41,492 nucleotides of DNA from Octopus sinensis (Eukaryota). The translations under genes were made by a program, and so were the position numbers. Shown here piece after piece: positions 37,811-41,492 of the stretch. The notes under the pieces were generated by a model. The model did not search any database, was not told the origin of the DNA, and worked only from the letters and a program-made list of their open reading frames with translations. Position 1 is the stretch's first letter; each line of letters starts with the position of its first letter. The stretch is taken from assembly GCF_006345805.1 (NCBI RefSeq), contig NW_021835287.1:1-41492 (forward strand). Direction: 5' to 3'.

Positions 37811-37826
37811 GAAAACCCGATCACTT

Positions 37827-37944
37827 AAGAAGAAGAAGAAGAAAAGAAGAAAGAAGAAGAAGAAGAGAAGAAGAAGAAGAAGAAGAAGAAGAAGAAGAAG
37901 AAGAAGAAGAAGAAGAAGGAGGAGGAGGAGGAGGAGGAGGAGGA
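37827..37944. repeat. (AAG)n followed by (GAG)n
   Basis: Seen directly. Confidence 0.95.
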
Positions 37945-37959
37945 GCAGAAGAAACAATT

Positions 37960-38125
37960 GTTTGCTATCATTAAATTCAGTACTTGGCCGGTGCTTCAGT
38001 TATCGGCAATGAAAAGACGAAAGGCAAAGTTGCCTACAATGGGATTTGAACTCACAACGTAAATAGCTGGGACGAAATATCGCAAGGTTTTCGTTCGTCG
38101 CTCTAATGTTTCTACTAACGCACCA
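37960..38125 (-). mobile_element. Degenerate SINE family A-like copy
   Basis: GAAAGGCAAAGTTG, ATTTGAACTCACAACGT and GACGAAATA match the family A reverse complement with many substitutions. Confidence 0.6.
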
Positions 38126-38906
38126 TATGTTTAAATATGGCATGTTTATTTGTACGTCCGAATAAGAAGAACAAAAAAGATAAGAAAAAAAATGACATAC
38201 TTTAGTATTAAAGTCATACATTCCCGAAAACGCGTATACACAGAAACTGTGGAAATACCGGTGTGTGTGTGTGTGTGTGTGCGTGCGCGTGTGAGTGTGT
38301 GTGTGTGTGCTTTGCGCCGTGGAACGGTGTTTATCTGTACGTCTCCGCGTCCATGTTAAAAGTGTTTAAAACTTAAATGTCTTCGTGTTTTGTGTGTGTA
38401 TTTGTCAATTTGAAGTGTTTACAACCGTTCCTGTTAGTTTTGAAGAAAAACAGCATCAGAAAAATGACCCTGATGTTGATATTCTTCGCTGACGAAAATA
38501 TAAATATCTTCGCTTTAAACTATTCCTGACCCTTTAGAATTGAAGAAAAAAAAATCAAAAATCAAAAACAAAAACAAAACACAAAATGAATATAAAGTAT
38601 AAATAAATAAAAACAAATAATTAAAATGAATATAATGAGTGCGATGTGTGAAACAAAGTAAAAAACAGAAAATAATAGACTTTAAATACAAGTACTTTTT
38701 GGTGTAAAACTATACGTATATATAAATATATAAATGCATGCATGCACGCATATATACACACATATATGCATGCATACATACATGCATACATACATGCATA
38801 CATACATCTATGTATGCACGAACACATACATGCATGCATACATACATGCATACATGCATATATGCATGCATGAACGCGTACATGTATGCATGCGTACATA
38901 CATACA

Positions 38907-38937
<31 letters not shown>

Positions 38938-38944
<7 letters not shown>

Positions 38945-39010
38945 CATGTCCAGAAATGCAACTATATGCATGAGAATACATACACAAAAAGCAAAACATA
39001 CAAATACATA
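38938..39010 (+). mobile_element. Isolated 3'UTR of the R4/Dong-type element
   Basis: ATATGAGCATGTCCAGAAATGCAACTATATGCATGAGAATACATA matches the 3'UTRs at about 4725-4770 and 36625-36670. Confidence 0.8.
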
Positions 39011-39145
39011 CATACATGTACACATATATGCATACATACGTACGTATATGCATGCATACACTCACATATACATACATATATATATATACATACATACGCA
39101 CATACATACGCACACATACATACATACATACACACACACATACAT

Positions 39146-40330
39146 AACTGTAGAATGAAAGCTGTAGTATACCAAGAAACAGTTATTACCCATAATCTCT
39201 CTAAATTTACTTACATCGGATGTACACAAAATTCTTTCAAATTAAGATTAAATAATCATAGATCATCCTTTAATAACCCTAGAAAAGAAAATAGCACAGG
39301 TCTATCCAAAAAGATTTGGCAACTGAAAAGAAGCAATATAGATTACTCGATTTCTTGGGAAATACTTCCTTCAGCTCCATCCTATAGACATAATAACAAG
39401 ATCTGCAAATTATGCCTAGAAGAAAATTACAAAAGAATGAAAATGAACTGTTTTCTTGCAAATTCGAGAGATAAGTCAAAATTCTTTTTTATTAACCTTA
39501 ATTAATCTTTCCACTCTTACCTTAACTACTTCCATCTTATTCCTTCTCCTCATAATTTAGTTTTTTGTATAATACCTCTCTCTACATTATTACTACTATA
39601 TATGATTTCTATTCCTCTCTTTCCTTCTTTCTTATTCGTAACCTATTCCATTTGTATGATATGTATATATAAATAATTAAAAAAATAAACTACCTCTCTT
39701 AACTATCGCAATTATTATTTCTTAAATTATAAAAATTATTTTGTGCTTCTCACAAATCTACATATATTAACCAAAATCTTACAGATGATATACGATTATA
39801 CTCACAATAAATTATTTCCACAATATGCAGACACTCTCAGAGATATAGTTCATTTATCTTTTTGGTTATGCATATAAATAGATTTATAGTATTTCCACCT
39901 ATAGTATTTATCAATCATAATAATTATTATTACTACTTCTAGCGTTTTTTCAACTTTATATTTACACCGATTAATATAATTAATAGATTATACATTGTAT
40001 TCTATATTTTACTTTAAAAAATTTATAAACTCTATACATGTATGTATGTCATATATTATATATATTATAGTATATCCGAACATGTTATATGACACTCACT
40101 CCATCAAGTTTTCTGTAACAATATAATATTCTTCTGATGTATTCTTTTTTATGTATTCTTCTTTCGCACCGAGGAGAACGTTAATATGTAATTAATTTAA
40201 TTATAATTAAATTAATTTGAAATTTTTTCCATCTTTCTTACATATTAATATTACCTTTTGAAACGATCGTATGCATGGATTAAAATTTTATAAAACTTTT
40301 AACACTTCCTCTTCTCCACATTTAATTGCT
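39146..40330 (+). mobile_element. Penelope-like element 3' fragment (GIY-YIG 39146-39505 and AT-rich 3' region)
   Basis: AVVYQ..TYIGCTQNSFKLRLNNH, STGLSKKIWQLK, ISWEIL and CKLCLEE; 3' limit uncertain. Confidence 0.85.
40166..40274 (+). ncRNA. Degenerate type I hammerhead fold
   Basis: CCGAGGA (40169-40175); 11-bp helix II segment UUAAUAUGUAA/UUACAUAUUAA; GAAAC-GAUC-GUA (40260-40271); stem I only GCA/UGC. Confidence 0.6.
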
Positions 40331-40529
40331 TGTTCAGTTTCTATAGGATACTTGTTCTATAATTGCTCATAATACATCTTATACTTGTAACTTTTTCATA
40401 TTAAAAAAAAAATACAATTGTAAGCTACCAATTTAATATGAAGAATCTATTAGAAATCTAACTTTGGAACCTCCCCACAAAGTAAAGGATAAATAGAACT
40501 CAGCCTTTTCTCACATTTCTACCTATCCA

Positions 40530-40669
<140 letters not shown>

Positions 40670-40684
40670 CACGCATATATATAT

Positions 40685-41492
40685 TTGCCAGGTTTCGGCC
40701 AGTATTGGCCCAGGCCATGTCTAACTTAATAGCACCACTTGGCAAACACATTCAAATCAGGAATCGGACAACATGGCCCTCTCGAGGAGAGAGTTGTTGT
40801 TTATGGAGACATATCCGGGCCAAGGATGTTTATCTGGAATTTTTTTAAGGAATTTGTCCAAAGACTTCTTGAACTTTATGGGGTCTGTTTCTACTTTAAT
40901 GTTCTTTGGTGTAATGTTAAAGAGAGCGGGGCCAATAGAGGTGAAATAATTGTGCCGTATTGTCATGTGATGCGAGTATGATTTGTGTTGAGGGCGGATA
41001 GCACAATTCCAACATAATTTATGCAATGCTGATGAGATATTTTCCACATCATGCAGATGATGTAGCGCTCACGGCGGTGATGGAGAGAATATAAAGCTTG
41101 AGCTTTTTTAGTCGACCCCAATAATCGAGGCCTGACATGCCATCTATCTTTTTTGTAATTGACCTTTGAAGTGTTTCAATTTTCATTATACTTTATTTCG
41201 TGTGGAGAGACCATAGTGGACAACAGTATTCAAAGTGGGGTCGGGCAAAAGTAGAGAAGAGAGGAAAATGTGGATATCTCTCGACTGGAAAGTTCTGAGA
41301 ATCTAGGAACATATTCTGTGGGTCATGTCAAATTTACTGTTTATATTAGCGGCCCAGCTTATGCTGTTGTCCACGATTACTTCTAAGTCTCTGATGTTGT
41401 TGGATGCCACGAGAGTTGCACCTGAAGGAAAGGAATATGGGAGTTTCAGGGTATCTTCTTTTCTGAAGTGGATTATCTCGAATTTGTCCTCG
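40685..41492 (-). mobile_element. CR1-type LINE 3' part (post-RT region and 3'UTR), runs off the window
   Basis: IRDLEVIVD, RPHFEYCCPLWS, IETLQRSITKKIDGMSGLDYWGRLKKLKL, RRERYIICMMWK and GPALFN..FKKSLDKFL. Confidence 0.85.

Noticed and set aside
40688-40725. GGCC..GGCCGAAAC at the CR1 3' end (minus strand)
   Set aside because: No CUGANGA upstream; consistent with an ordinary LINE 3' stem-loop.

Overview
Eukaryotic, gene-poor, microsatellite-saturated DNA. The SINE families and the (TA)n/(TACA)n/(TATC)n load suggest a cephalopod (Octopus-like); this is inference from recalled repeat families, not a search. I could not support any intact host gene, and most listed ORFs are microsatellite translations. 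The window is a mosaic of mobile elements: three tRNA-derived SINE families, four pieces of R4/Dong-type RLE LINEs, two L1/Tx1-type fragments, a CR1-type 3' end, a Tc1 (DD34E) element, a fold-back mariner remnant, a Chapaev3-like transposase fossil, a non-autonomous Helitron and MITEs. The most notable layer is four divergent Penelope-like element (PLE) GIY-YIG fragments (24.5, 26.4, 35.4, 39.1 kb). Each is followed by a type I hammerhead ribozyme fold that I paired by hand. The one at 34747-34832 has a fully canonical core; the others carry core deviations (U4C, extra bases). Three of the four have a self-complementary helix III. Two further (TA)n-associated repeats carry degenerate hammerhead-like motifs. 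PLE hammerheads are a known class; these particular variants and their activity are untested. Coordinates were counted by hand and element ends are approximate.
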